Shown: positions 15,307 to 25,408 of the stretch, in pieces | Numbering within the stretch: position 1 is the first letter of the stretch | How the letters are laid out: every line of letters begins with the position of its first letter | Source: a virus | Lineage: Duplodnaviria > Heunggongvirae > Uroviricota > Caudoviricetes | IMG/VR virus record: IMGVR_UViG_2534681651_000007 | Location: 1 to 36,506 of that record | Length of the DNA: 36,506 bases | Direction: 5' to 3' (one strand) | Translations under genes and position numbers: made by a program | Notes under the pieces: generated by a model | Told to the model about the DNA's origin: nothing | The model's input: only the letters and a program-made list of their open reading frames with translations | Database searches by the model: none

Positions 15307-15445
15307 TGACCCAACGATGGGTTAATTCGCTCGTTGTGGTAGTGAGATAAAAAGAGGCGGCGCTTACTACCGATTCCGCCTAGTTGGTCACTTCGACGTA
15401 TCGTCTGGAACTCCAACCATCGCAGGCTGAGAGGTCTGCAAATGC

Positions 15446-15506
15446 AATCCCGAAACAGTTCGCAGGTAATAGTTAGAGCCTGCATAACGGTTTCGGGATT
15501 TTTTAT
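15446..15506 (+). terminator. tR' terminator (3' end of the short 6S late transcript): long hairpin AATCCCGAAAC...GTTTCGGGATT followed by T6
   Basis: Inverted repeat and T-run read directly at the expected distance from pR'. Confidence 0.8.
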
Positions 15507-15778
15507 ATCTGTGTAACAGGTAAGAGCATTCTCCCTTATGGGGCTTGGCTTAAATGCATTGAGTGCTCTTTCCGTTGTGCTGAATTAAGCGAATACCGGA
15601 AGCAGAACCGGATCACCAAATGCGTACAGGCGTCATCGCCGCCCAGCAACAGCACAACCCAAACTGAGCCGTAGCCACTGGCTGTCCTGAATTCATCAGT
15701 GATAGTTACGCTGCGGCCTTCTTTTTTCCCCTTCCCAATATAAGAACTACGCAATCCGTTACTGGCGGAGGCGTTGCT

Positions 15779-15994
15779 ATGAAATCAATGGACAAAATCT
15801 CAACTGGCATTGCCTACGGAACATCTGCTGGTAGTGCGGGATACTGGTTTTTGCAGTGGTTGGATCAGGTCAGTCCGTCACAGTGGGCTGCGATTGGAGT
15901 GCTTGGAAGCCTTGTGTTGGGTTTTCTCACTTATCTGACAAATCTGTATTTCAAAATCAGAGAAGACAGACGTAAGGCTGCGAGAAGTGAATAA
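15779..15994 (+). CDS. S: Pinholin, phage 21 S21 type, with dual-start motif (MKSM...)
   Basis: 71-aa [72 protein letters not shown] matching recalled S21. Confidence 0.9.
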   Translation: MKSMDKISTGIAYGTSAGSAGYWFLQWLDQVSPSQWAAIGVLGSLVLGFLTYLTNLYFKIREDRRKAARSE

Positions 15995-16491
15995 TGTCGC
16001 CATCATTACGCAAGGCTGTTGCAGCTGCTATTGGTAGTGGGGCTGTTGCTATAGCATCAGTGTTGATCACTGGCCCAAGTGGTAACGATGGTCTAGAGGG
16101 TGTCAGTTACATACCATACAAAGATATTGTTGGTGTATGGACTGTATGTCACGGACACACCGGAAAAGACATCATGCTCGGTAAAACGTATACCGAAGTA
16201 GAATGCAAAGCCCTCCTGAATAAAGACCTCGCTACCGTCGCCAGACAAATTAATCCGTACATCAAAGTCGATATACCGGAAACAACGCGCGGCGCTCTTT
16301 ACTCGTTCGTCTATAACGTGGGCGCAGGCAATTTCAGAACATCGACTCTTCTTCGCAAAATAAACCAGGGCGATATCAAAGGCGCATGTGACCAGCTACG
16401 TCGCTGGACATACGCTGGCGGTAAGCAATGGAAAGGGCTGATGACCCGTCGTGATATTGAGCGTGAAGTCTGTTTGTGGGGGCAGCAATGA
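15994..16491 (+). CDS. R: SAR (signal-anchor-release) endolysin, phage 21 R type
   Basis: N-terminal weakly hydrophobic Gly/Ala-rich segment ([20 protein letters not shown]), lysozyme E...D...T motif; start overlaps holin stop. Confidence 0.9.
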   Translation: MSPSLRKAVAAAIGSGAVAIASVLITGPSGNDGLEGVSYIPYKDIVGVWTVCHGHTGKDIMLGKTYTEVECKALLNKDLATVARQINPYIKVDIPETTRGALYSFVYNVGAGNFRTSTLLRKINQGDIKGACDQLRRWTYAGGKQWKGLMTRRDIEREVCLWGQQ

Positions 16492-16925
16492 GCAGAATAA
16501 CCGCGATTATCTCCGCTCTGATTATCTGCATCATCGTCTGCCTGTCATGGGCTGTTAATCATTACCGTGATAACGCCATCGCCTACAAAGACCAGCGCGA
16601 TAAAGCCACGTACATCATCGCTGACATGCAGAAGCGTCAACGTGATGTAGCAGAACTTGACGCCAGATACACAAAGGAGCTTGCTGATGCTAACGCGACT
16701 ATCGAAAGTCTCCGTGCTGATGTTTCTGCTGGTCGTAAGCGCCTGCAAGTCGCCGCAACCTGTGCAAAGTCAACGACCGGAGCCAGCAGCATGGGCGATG
16801 GAGAAAGCCCAAGACTTACAGCAGATGCTGAACTCAATTATTACCGTCTCCGAAGTGGAATCGACAGGATAACCGCGCAGGTTAACTACCTGCAGGAGTA
16901 CATCAGGACGCAATGCCTGAAATAA
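16488..16925 (+). CDS. Rz: Rz inner-membrane spanin
   Basis: N-terminal transmembrane helix plus coiled-coil body; ATGA overlap with R stop. Confidence 0.85.
   Translation: MSRITAIISALIICIIVCLSWAVNHYRDNAIAYKDQRDKATYIIADMQKRQRDVAELDARYTKELADANATIESLRADVSAGRKRLQVAATCAKSTTGASSMGDGESPRLTADAELNYYRLRSGIDRITAQVNYLQEYIRTQCLK
16687..16872 (+). CDS. Rz1: Rz1 outer-membrane lipoprotein spanin, embedded in the +1 frame of Rz
   Basis: [25 protein letters not shown]... with lipobox VSAC and Pro-rich mature region; wholly inside Rz. Confidence 0.8.
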   Translation: MLTRLSKVSVLMFLLVVSACKSPQPVQSQRPEPAAWAMEKAQDLQQMLNSIITVSEVESTG

Positions 16926-16957
16926 TTTTTTTTGCAAATCACAAAGTCAATTTAATG

Positions 16958-16981
16958 AGCCTCGCGATGCGGGGCTTTTTT
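16958..16981 (+). terminator. Rho-independent terminator after the lysis cassette
   Basis: AGCCTCGCGATGCGGGGCTTTTTT read directly. Confidence 0.6.
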
Positions 16982-17128
16982 ATGTCCGCAGTAAACGCGC
17001 TTCACACGCGCGACTTATGAACACAGAACCTTTCAGGATGACCCTTGAGGATGCCGGTTTGGTGATCGGTGCCTTTCTGTGGGCCGGAATCCTGTGTGAC
17101 AAGGTTCATCACTAAAAGGTAATCACTG

Positions 17129-17659
17129 ATGAAGTACCCAACAGTTATTGTCAATGGTGTGTCCGTTCGTGTTGATGAGGATGGACGCTACAACTTAAAC
17201 GATCTCCATGCAGCAGCAGTTGCAAATGGAGAGGCTACAGAGCAACAGCGCCCAAGCCAGTTTTTGCGTAGCGCGCAGATAAAACGCTTCATAAAAGCAC
17301 TGGAGGCCAAAGTGCAAAAAAGCACTTTGGAACAAATTCAATCACTTAAAATAATCAAAGGTGGTGCGGAACCAGGTGTGTGGGGTGTTGAACTTCTGGC
17401 AATCAGATATGCAGCATGGATTAAGCCGGAATTTGAAATCGAAGTTTATGAAGTTTTCAAAACGGTTGTCCGCCTCGGCGTTGGCGCAATGTCCCGTCTG
17501 AATAGAATCGATCACATCATCAATACTGAAACCAAAGCGATAAGCCAGTGCGCAAGCCAAATGGCGAAGTGGGGCGTTGGTGGGCGAAAAAGATTGCTTC
17601 ATGTTGCACGTGAGAGAGCGGCAAATGAAGTGCAAATGTATTTGCCCGGAATGGTGTGA
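17129..17659 (+). CDS. KilA-N domain protein (176 aa)
   Basis: N-terminal region (VIVNGVSVRVDEDGRYNLNDLHAAA...QRPSQFLRSAQIKRFIKALE...) resembles the KilA-N DNA-binding domain as I recall it; family assignment is from memory. Confidence 0.6.
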   Translation: MKYPTVIVNGVSVRVDEDGRYNLNDLHAAAVANGEATEQQRPSQFLRSAQIKRFIKALEAKVQKSTLEQIQSLKIIKGGAEPGVWGVELLAIRYAAWIKPEFEIEVYEVFKTVVRLGVGAMSRLNRIDHIINTETKAISQCASQMAKWGVGGRKRLLHVARERAANEVQMYLPGMV

Positions 17660-17768
17660 TTCTGCTGGTTAATCCGGGCAGCCCTTCAGTGAGGGCTGCA
17701 ATAATGCTTTATTCGTATGAAGACGAAGGGTAATCTGTAGGCTCTGATTATCTAATGGAGGGTTTATG

Positions 17769-17972
17769 ATGGACAATTATTTTAAATCTGGCGATAACCG
17801 AGTATCTGATTCTGAGCACCAGCGTTTAGTGGCTACCAAAGCAGCTCTTGAAATTATCAAGGCCGCCGTATCTGCCCCTACCGATGCGAAAAACGTGTCT
17901 TATGATTTGGAGGAGGCAATAAAATACCTTCCGCGGTTGACTGATGCTATTCAGGAAACGATTGGTAAATAG
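17769..17972 (+). CDS. Small hypothetical protein (67 aa)
   Basis: GGAGGG Shine-Dalgarno upstream of tandem ATGs; followed by a terminator. Confidence 0.6.
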   Translation: MDNYFKSGDNRVSDSEHQRLVATKAALEIIKAAVSAPTDAKNVSYDLEEAIKYLPRLTDAIQETIGK

Positions 17973-18025
17973 CATTTCGTTTTAGTTTTATTATTTCACC
18001 TTAAATATGAGTAAGATTAAGACAA

Positions 18026-18048
18026 AGCTACCTACGAGTAGCTTTTTT
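18026..18048 (+). terminator. Rho-independent terminator (AGCTAC-CTACGA-GTAGCT followed by T6)
   Basis: Read directly. Confidence 0.6.
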
Positions 18049-18183
18049 AATGGCTATAGCATTAGGAACATAATCATGTAAAAACCGGACAAAGAAGCCA
18101 TCGGACGGCGTCTTGTAAAACAGTAATCAAGATATGCAATACTGAAACGCCGCCTGGTATTCTCTGAGATAAAGAAGAATTAA

Positions 18184-18762
18184 TTAAGTATTAGTCATTG
18201 AATGTTTTATGTGCTCGAATAATGTGAGAGCATCATCAGATAATTCACGCCGAGAGATCCAGTCATGCTCATTCAATTGCCATGCAAGGCCTAAAGCTTG
18301 ATTCAATCCTGGATATGCAATTGGTGAGTCATCAGAGTTACTACTTGCGGCTTCCATTTTGGCTAATGGAATTCTTAAACGATTGATCTTACGTTTATAG
18401 ATCTGTATCTCATTTCGCACATGATTCAATGGAGATCCATCATTTTTTGCAAATTGATCTAATGTTCTTACTAGTTCATACATTCCTAAAACCCAGAGAT
18501 AGGAAGAAGTGATATGATCACTTAAGTCGTGCATTGGGTTTTTTAGATATCCAGTCTTGATGAGTTCAGCATCATCATTAACTAGGCGAGAATCTAGTAC
18601 ACCTAGATGTTGAAGTGTTATTGTCGACCATTGATTGTGGGCCGTAATTGCATGGGAACAGTCAACCCACCTCTTGTTTCTGTCTGCATCAAATAATCCA
18701 GCAATGTAAGCTCTAAGCCTACCATTGTGGGGCTTCTTTAATTCCTCAGACAAATTATCCAT
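18184..18762 (-). CDS. Reverse-strand hypothetical protein (192 aa from the ATG at 18762; the track shows 201 aa from a GTG at 18789) in a low-GC island between lysis and packaging genes
   Basis: AGGAG Shine-Dalgarno 5 nt upstream of the ATG at 18762; AT-rich; opposite orientation to all neighbours. P22 carries an unnamed ORF of about this size in the same slot, if I recall correctly. Confidence 0.75.
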   Translation of the reverse strand: MDNLSEELKKPHNGRLRAYIAGLFDADRNKRWVDCSHAITAHNQWSTITLQHLGVLDSRLVNDDAELIKTGYLKNPMHDLSDHITSSYLWVLGMYELVRTLDQFAKNDGSPLNHVRNEIQIYKRKINRLRIPLAKMEAASSNSDDSPIAYPGLNQALGLAWQLNEHDWISRRELSDDALTLFEHIKHSMTNT

Positions 18763-18782
18763 TTGATCTCCTAGGGTACTAT

Positions 18783-19310
18783 ATGGCACTCACCGACAAA
18801 CAAGAGATGTTCTGTCGCGAGTACCTCATCGATTTAAACGCCACACAGGCGGCTATTCGTGCGGGGTACAGCGCAAAGACAGCTAACCGTACCGCATCCG
18901 AAAACCTGTCAAAACCTGACATCAAGTTAAGAATCGCCGAACTGAAAGCGCAACGCAATGATCTTGTTGGTATTAATGCAGAATATGTACTTAATCGCCT
19001 TCTTGAAATCGACCAGATGGATGTGCTCGACATTCTCCTGCAAAACGGTGAGTTAAAGCCCATTAAAGACTGGCCTAAGGTATGGCGCACAACGCTATCA
19101 GGAATGGATGTTGTGGAGATGGTATCCGCAGATAGTGCCGCACTTCTGAAGAAAATCAAATGGCCTGATAAGGTTAAAAACCTCGAACTTCTTGGTAAGC
19201 ATGTTTCTGTTCAGGCATTTAAAGAACAATCTTCTCACGAGCTAACCGGCAAAGACGGCGGCGCAATCCAGATTGAAACATCACCGATGAGCACTCTATT
19301 CGGAAAATGA
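18783..19310 (+). CDS. Terminase small subunit
   Basis: N-terminus MALTDKQEMFCREYLIDLNATQAAIRAGYSAKTA is the characteristic small-terminase HTH signature; immediately precedes the large subunit. Confidence 0.88.
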   Translation: MALTDKQEMFCREYLIDLNATQAAIRAGYSAKTANRTASENLSKPDIKLRIAELKAQRNDLVGINAEYVLNRLLEIDQMDVLDILLQNGELKPIKDWPKVWRTTLSGMDVVEMVSADSAALLKKIKWPDKVKNLELLGKHVSVQAFKEQSSHELTGKDGGAIQIETSPMSTLFGK

Positions 19311-20722
19311 CCTCGATTAATTCTATCTTTGAACCGTTCATTGAGGCGCATCGCTACAAAGTCGCCAAAGGCGGTCGAGGTAGCGGTAAGTCATGGGCAA
19401 TTGCGAGGCTGCTTGTTGAAGCGGCGCGTCGGCAGCCTGTGCGCATACTCTGCGCTCGTGAACTGCAAAACAGTATCAGCGATTCGGTAATCCGGCTGCT
19501 TGAAGATACCATTGAGCGTGAAGGGTATTCGGCTGAGTTTGAAATTCAGCGTTCAATGATCCGTCATCTCGGAACGAATGCTGAATTCATGTTCTACGGC
19601 ATCAAAAACAACCCGACGAAGATTAAATCGCTCGAAGGTATTGATATCTGCTGGGTGGAGGAAGCGGAAGCGGTAACGAAGGAATCATGGGATATTCTGA
19701 TACCAACCATCCGCAAGCCGTTTTCCGAAATATGGGTGAGCTTCAACCCTAAGAACATCCTCGACGATACCTATCAGCGATTCGTTGTAAATCCTCCCGA
19801 TGATATTTGTCTGCTGACGGTGAACTACACCGACAACCCGCACTTTCCTGAAGTTCTCCGTCTGGAGATGGAAGAGTGCAAACGCAGAAATCCGACACTG
19901 TATCGCCACATCTGGCTAGGTGAGCCGGTAAGCGCAAGTGATATGGCAATCATCAAACGTGAATGGCTTGAAGCCGCAACCGATGCGCACAAGAAACTTG
20001 GATGGAAAGCGAAAGGCGCTGTTGTCTCTGCGCATGACCCATCAGATACAGGGCCAGATGCTAAAGGTTATGCATCGCGTCACGGTTCGGTAGTTAAGCG
20101 CATTGCCGAAGGTCTGCTGATGGACATCAACGAGGGTGCTGACTGGGCTACTTCGCTGGCGATTGAAGACGGCGCTGACCATTACCTGTGGGATGGTGAT
20201 GGTGTTGGTGCCGGGCTACGCAGACAGACAACGGAAGCGTTCTCCGGCAAGAAAATCACCGCCACGATGTTCAAAGGCAGCGAATCGCCATTCGATGAAG
20301 ATGCACCGTATCAAGCCGGAGCATGGGCTGATGAAGTCGTACAGGGTGACAACGTTCGCACTATTGGCGATGTGTTCCGCAATAAGCGAGCGCAATTCTA
20401 TTACGCGCTGGCTGACAGGCTGTATCTGACATATCGGGCGGTTGTCTACGGTGAGTATGCAGACCCCGACGACATGCTGAGTTTCGACAAAGAAGCGATA
20501 GGCGAGAAGATGCTGGAGAAGCTGTTTGCAGAACTGACGCAGATTCAGCGCAAATTCAATAACAACGGGAAGCTGGAGCTTATGACTAAGGTCGAAATGA
20601 AGCAGAAGCTCGGGATCCCATCTCCTAACCTGGCTGATGCGTTGATGATGTGTATGCATTGCCCGGAGTCGGCTGCGCAACCCGACTATTCCAGTTACTC
20701 AATTCCTTGTGGTGTAGGTTGA
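19307..20722 (+). CDS. Terminase large subunit
   Basis: 471 aa with Walker A (GGRGSGKS) near the N-terminus and a C-terminal nuclease-like region; overlapping start with the small subunit. Confidence 0.92.
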   Translation: MTSINSIFEPFIEAHRYKVAKGGRGSGKSWAIARLLVEAARRQPVRILCARELQNSISDSVIRLLEDTIEREGYSAEFEIQRSMIRHLGTNAEFMFYGIKNNPTKIKSLEGIDICWVEEAEAVTKESWDILIPTIRKPFSEIWVSFNPKNILDDTYQRFVVNPPDDICLLTVNYTDNPHFPEVLRLEMEECKRRNPTLYRHIWLGEPVSASDMAIIKREWLEAATDAHKKLGWKAKGAVVSAHDPSDTGPDAKGYASRHGSVVKRIAEGLLMDINEGADWATSLAIEDGADHYLWDGDGVGAGLRRQTTEAFSGKKITATMFKGSESPFDEDAPYQAGAWADEVVQGDNVRTIGDVFRNKRAQFYYALADRLYLTYRAVVYGEYADPDDMLSFDKEAIGEKMLEKLFAELTQIQRKFNNNGKLELMTKVEMKQKLGIPSPNLADALMMCMHCPESAAQPDYSSYSIPCGVG

Positions 20723-20723
20723 T

Positions 20724-22922
20724 ATGGCAGAAAAAAAGATGACTGACTGGCATCGCAAGGTGCTGTGCAACTTTGATAATGCCTGGTCAGCAACGCAGGA
20801 TATGCGTGAGCAGATTATTGAGGCTCAACGTTTCATCAGGGTGTCCGGCGCACAGTGGGAAGGCAGCACAAACGCTGGTTACTCATTTGATGAAGGCAGG
20901 TTTGAGCATTATCCGCGTTTTGAACTGAATAAGATTGCCCGTGAATGTGATCGCATCATTGGCGAGTATCGACAGAATCGCATCAGCGTTAAATTCAGAC
21001 CGAAGGACGATAAGGCATCGGAAGCGTTAGCCGAAAAGATGAACGGAAAATTCCGCGCTGACTATCAGGAAACATCCGGTGGCGAAGCGTGTGATAACGC
21101 ATTTGATGATGCCGTAACGGGCGGATTCGGTTGTTTCCGCATGTGTGCCGATTACGAAGATGAAATGGATCCGAGTAATGAGCAGCGCCGTATAAGCCTT
21201 CTCCCGGTTTACGACCCAGCGACATGCGTTTTCTTCGATCAGGACAGCAAGCAATATGACCGCTCTGATGCTATGTGGGCTATGGAAATGTTCTCCATGA
21301 CGCCTAAAGCGTTCGAGGCTGAATACCCTGATTCCATCGCTGCAAGTCTTTCTCGTGATGACACTGGCACTCAGTATGACTGGTCAACGCCTGATGCCAT
21401 CTATGTTGGACGCTACTACGAAGTTCGCATAGAGAAGGTGAAGCTCACAGCATTGCGTAACCCTATTAGCGGAGAAACGGCAATCTATGATGAAGAGCAA
21501 ATCAAAGATGTTGTCGACGAGCTAACCGATGGCGCATTCGAACTGATTGGTGAGCGAACGGTGAAGAAACGCCGCGTTTATTGCGGCCTTCTGTCTGGCG
21601 CTGAATGGCTGGAAGAACCGAAGCGTATTCCGGGCGAACATATTCCTCTCATCCCGGTATATGGGCGTCGTTCATTTGTTGATAATCAGGAGCGAATCGA
21701 AGGCCACGCAGCAAAAGCGATGGATGCACAGCGTCTTGAGAACCTGATGGTTTCCATGATTGCAGATAACGCCACTCAGGCTGGCGGTGATGGTATTCCT
21801 GTAGTTGATGTTGACATGATTCCTGGTCCTCTCGCCACTCATTGGGCGGAGCGCAACAAAAAGCGCCCGGCGTTCCTGCCGATGGTCAGTCTGAAAAACA
21901 AAAACGGAGATATTACTGCGCAGGCTCAGGTCAGCAGTTATACACCTCCAACACAAATGCCTCCTGCTCTTGCCGGGCTATTACAGTACACCGGAACGGC
22001 TATTCAGCAAATTACAGGTGCGTCGCAGCTTGAGAACATGCCGAGCAACGTCGCTACCGATACCGTTGATAGCATCTTTAACAGGATGGACACGCAGTCA
22101 TATATCTACATGGACAACATGGCTAAATCCATGCGTCGCGCTGGCGTTGTGTGGCTTTCTATGGCGCGTGAGGTCTATGGCAGCGATACGCCAATGCGCA
22201 TCGTTAATGAGGACGGCAGCGATGACGTGGCGCTGATGACTGGTGAAGTGGTTGACCGTCAGACAGGGCAGGTTATCGCGCTTAACGACCTTTCGCAGGG
22301 TAACTATGAAGTGACTGTCGATGTTGGTCAGTCGTTCGCTACTCGCCGTGATGCAACGGTTAAGTCGTTACTTTCCATGCTGGCACTTATCCCGCCCGGA
22401 ACGCCGAAACACGACCTTGTGTCGTCTCTTATTCTCGACAATATGGACGGCGAAGGGATGGAAGACCTGAAAGAATACAACCGCAATCAGTTGCTTCTGT
22501 CTGGCGTTATCAAGCCGAGAACGCCTGAAGAACAGCAGATGGTTGAACAGGCGAAACAACAACAGGCCAGTCATCCGGATCCGGCTATGGTTGCAGCGCA
22601 AGGTCAGCTTCTTGCTGGTCAGGCTGAATTGCAGAAAGCGCAGAACGAACAGGCAGCCATTCAGGTTAAAGCATTCCAGGCACAGACTGATGCTCAGGTT
22701 GCTGCGGCAAATGTTGTGAAAATCCTCGCATCTGCCGATAGCCAGCAGAAATCTGATATCCGCGAGGCTCTGAAACTGCTCGGACAGTTCCAGCAACAGC
22801 AAGGAGACAATGCCCGTGCTGATGCAGAGCTTGTCCTGAAAAGTCAGGCACAGGGCCATGCGCAGCGCATGGACATAAGCAGCATCCTGCAAAAATCAAC
22901 CCAGCAACAACCACAGCAGTAA
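20724..22922 (+). CDS. Portal protein (P22 gp1-like)
   Basis: 732 aa; conserved core and long Gln-rich C-terminal helical tail resemble recalled P22 portal (about 725 aa). Confidence 0.9.
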   Translation: MAEKKMTDWHRKVLCNFDNAWSATQDMREQIIEAQRFIRVSGAQWEGSTNAGYSFDEGRFEHYPRFELNKIARECDRIIGEYRQNRISVKFRPKDDKASEALAEKMNGKFRADYQETSGGEACDNAFDDAVTGGFGCFRMCADYEDEMDPSNEQRRISLLPVYDPATCVFFDQDSKQYDRSDAMWAMEMFSMTPKAFEAEYPDSIAASLSRDDTGTQYDWSTPDAIYVGRYYEVRIEKVKLTALRNPISGETAIYDEEQIKDVVDELTDGAFELIGERTVKKRRVYCGLLSGAEWLEEPKRIPGEHIPLIPVYGRRSFVDNQERIEGHAAKAMDAQRLENLMVSMIADNATQAGGDGIPVVDVDMIPGPLATHWAERNKKRPAFLPMVSLKNKNGDITAQAQVSSYTPPTQMPPALAGLLQYTGTAIQQITGASQLENMPSNVATDTVDSIFNRMDTQSYIYMDNMAKSMRRAGVVWLSMAREVYGSDTPMRIVNEDGSDDVALMTGEVVDRQTGQVIALNDLSQGNYEVTVDVGQSFATRRDATVKSLLSMLALIPPGTPKHDLVSSLILDNMDGEGMEDLKEYNRNQLLLSGVIKPRTPEEQQMVEQAKQQQASHPDPAMVAAQGQLLAGQAELQKAQNEQAAIQVKAFQAQTDAQVAAANVVKILASADSQQKSDIREALKLLGQFQQQQGDNARADAELVLKSQAQGHAQRMDISSILQKSTQQQPQQ

Positions 22923-23012
22923 TTAACCCATAACGTGCAATGGCTGTCTTTATGAGGCCTGGCACCCTATTGCCTTCCGATGGGCTGAACATCGAGTAAA
23001 CAGGGGTAACAA

Positions 23013-23906
23013 ATGGACCAGATGGCAGAAAACACACCAGAAGTTGAAATCGAAACCGACGCGTCAGAGCAGATTCCTGATGATGTCGAACTGGCTGAAG
23101 AAGTCAAAACAGAAGATGGCAGTGAGTCCTCCGGCAATGATGCAGAGGAAGCTACTGAAACTGATGACGACGAATCAGAACAGGAATTCTACTTTGGTGA
23201 CGAAAAGCTGGATTCGCCAACCAGCGAAGATAGCGCAGAGCATGGACTGGTAAAACACCTGCGCAAGACGATTAAAGAGAAAGACCGCGAGCTGAAAGAG
23301 CTGATGCGTCAGTCTCAGAAACCCGTCGAGCAGCAGCCGGTAATCACTCAACCACCGCGAATGCCAAAACTGGATGATGAGGACATCGGGTTCGATGAAG
23401 AAATCTACCAGCAACGCATGGCTAAGTGGGCAGAGGATAACGGCAAGTACCAGCAACAGGAGATGGCTCGCAAGCAGAAGGAGCAGGAGCTTCAGGCTGC
23501 CTATCAAGAGCGATTATCCAAATATCAGCAACGTGTTAAGGCTCTCAAAGTTCCTGGCTATCAGGAAGCTGAGCAGGCCGTACTCGAGGAAATCCCCATC
23601 GAGACACAAAACGCGATCCTGTTTGAGTCAGAGAAGCCGGAAATCGTTGTTCTGGCACTCGGTCGCAACGCTGAACTGCGCAAGCAACTGGCAGAAGCTA
23701 CCAACCCCGTAGCAATTGGTCGTCTGCTGGAACGTATCGAATCGAAGGCCAGAATCATGCCAAAAGCAAAAACCACGGCAGCCACAACCCCGACAGTTAA
23801 GGGAAGCAACGGCGCAGTAATCAACAACCTCGACAAATTGAAAGCCAAGGCGCTGGAAACTGGTGACTGGACGCCGTATTTCGCCGCTAAAAAGGCAAAA
23901 AAATAA
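23013..23906 (+). CDS. Scaffolding protein (P22 gp8-like)
   Basis: 297 aa, highly acidic N-terminus, coiled-coil-rich, basic C-terminus; located between portal and coat. Confidence 0.85.
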   Translation: MDQMAENTPEVEIETDASEQIPDDVELAEEVKTEDGSESSGNDAEEATETDDDESEQEFYFGDEKLDSPTSEDSAEHGLVKHLRKTIKEKDRELKELMRQSQKPVEQQPVITQPPRMPKLDDEDIGFDEEIYQQRMAKWAEDNGKYQQQEMARKQKEQELQAAYQERLSKYQQRVKALKVPGYQEAEQAVLEEIPIETQNAILFESEKPEIVVLALGRNAELRKQLAEATNPVAIGRLLERIESKARIMPKAKTTAATTPTVKGSNGAVINNLDKLKAKALETGDWTPYFAAKKAKK

Positions 23907-23924
23907 CCTATCGGAGCATTAAGC

Positions 23925-25178
23925 ATGGCTAACCAATTAGCAAAAGACCTTGAAATCATGTTCGAAAACTACGTTGAAGGCTTTGAGGCCGCCTGCGTAG
24001 TTTCCCGTAACGCTAAAAAATTCCGTCCCGGTGATACCGCAATGCAGCGAGCAGGTGATGTTCTGTATCGTCCGCAGCATTACCACATGAACATTGAAGA
24101 AGGCCTCGATCTCAGCGGCAAAACGCCTACAGCACTGGTTCAGCGCCTTGTTCCTTCTGTGTTCAAGGAGCCGAAAAACATTCTGTACACTCTGGATGCG
24201 CATGAAATGCGTGACCCGGAACATAAAACTGAAGCTGGTCGAGCCGCAGGTATGCGCCTTGCTGCACAGATTGACTCTGACCTGATTTCCATGGTCACGC
24301 AGCGTGCTACTAACGTGATCACGATGGCTGACTCAACCACAGGTTCACAGGGCCGTGATTTGTGGAACTGTGCGGCAGGTATTGATGCCACCATGACGGC
24401 GATTGGTGTACCTCAGGGTATCAACCGTCGCTCTTTCTGGAACCCCTTCAACTACAAAGACCTTGCTGGCGAGCTTGGTCACCGTGCCTATGCTCAGGGC
24501 GCAACCCTGACAGCATACGAAAAAGCGCAGATCCCTCCGGTTGCGTCCTTCGATAGCTACAAGACCGATATTTCTGGTCGTGTTCCGAAGGGTACAGCAA
24601 CTTCCATTACGCTGGCAGCAGCACCTGCGCACAAAGTTGAAGCGAAAGATGCTAACGATATGCCAGTTGATAACCGACAGGGGACCATTACGGTATCTGC
24701 TGAAGGTTTGCAGGTTGGCGATGCGTTTACCATTGCAGGGGTGAATTCTGTACACCAGATCACCAAAGATACCACCGGGCAGCCGCAGGTATTCCGCGTT
24801 CTGGCAGTAAGCGGAACGACAGTAACTATCTCCCCGAAAATTCTGCCGCCTGACAACGCGGATGTCGCCAGCCGACCATATGCAAACGTTGATGCTAACG
24901 CGGCAAATAGCGCAGCAATCACCATTCTCAACAAGAATGCTGCACCGGCTAACCTGTTCTGGGCTGATGGTTCTGTTGAGCTGATGTACGGCAAACTGGC
25001 GTTCCCGACTGGTCAGGGTCCACAGGTAATGACAGCAACCACAGAGCAGGGCGCTACGCTGATCATGTCTTACGCCTTCGACCACATCAAAGGCGTAACC
25101 ACTGCGCGTTTCACCACTCTGTACGGTTGCTCTGTACTGGTTCCTGAATATACGGGCATCGTTATTGCCGGGCAGTAA
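23925..25178 (+). CDS. Major capsid (coat) protein, P22 gp5-like
   Basis: 417 aa following the scaffold gene; size and order match the P22/Sf6 coat. Confidence 0.85.
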   Translation: MANQLAKDLEIMFENYVEGFEAACVVSRNAKKFRPGDTAMQRAGDVLYRPQHYHMNIEEGLDLSGKTPTALVQRLVPSVFKEPKNILYTLDAHEMRDPEHKTEAGRAAGMRLAAQIDSDLISMVTQRATNVITMADSTTGSQGRDLWNCAAGIDATMTAIGVPQGINRRSFWNPFNYKDLAGELGHRAYAQGATLTAYEKAQIPPVASFDSYKTDISGRVPKGTATSITLAAAPAHKVEAKDANDMPVDNRQGTITVSAEGLQVGDAFTIAGVNSVHQITKDTTGQPQVFRVLAVSGTTVTISPKILPPDNADVASRPYANVDANAANSAAITILNKNAAPANLFWADGSVELMYGKLAFPTGQGPQVMTATTEQGATLIMSYAFDHIKGVTTARFTTLYGCSVLVPEYTGIVIAGQ

Positions 25179-25219
25179 TTTTGGTGGGGCTTCGGCCCCA
25201 TTTTTATTGGGAGAAGACA

Positions 25220-25408
25220 ATGGCACGAACAATGCTCTATAAGCCTGGCAACATGATCACCTGTGGTCAGTTTGCTGTCGATTACATCATTGTTGATGAC
25301 GAAGAAGTTAAATCTCACCTGAAAAAAGGTTGGGTAAAAACTCCTGAAGAAACCGCAACGAAGCAAAAAGTGGCTAAGGCGGAAGAAGATGGCGAAAACG
25401 AAGGGTGA
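25220..25408 (+). CDS. Small hypothetical protein (62 aa)
   Basis: GGGAGA Shine-Dalgarno upstream of the ATG at 25220; between coat and gp4. Confidence 0.5.
   Translation: MARTMLYKPGNMITCGQFAVDYIIVDDEEVKSHLKKGWVKTPEETATKQKVAKAEEDGENEG

Noticed and set aside
15507-15778. About 270-nt untranslated, relatively GC-rich segment between tR' and the holin gene, checked for tRNA or small RNA genes
   Set aside because: No cloverleaf-compatible sequence or T-loop motif seen, and a comparable late leader exists in lambda; the 72-aa minus-strand ORF here has no start context.
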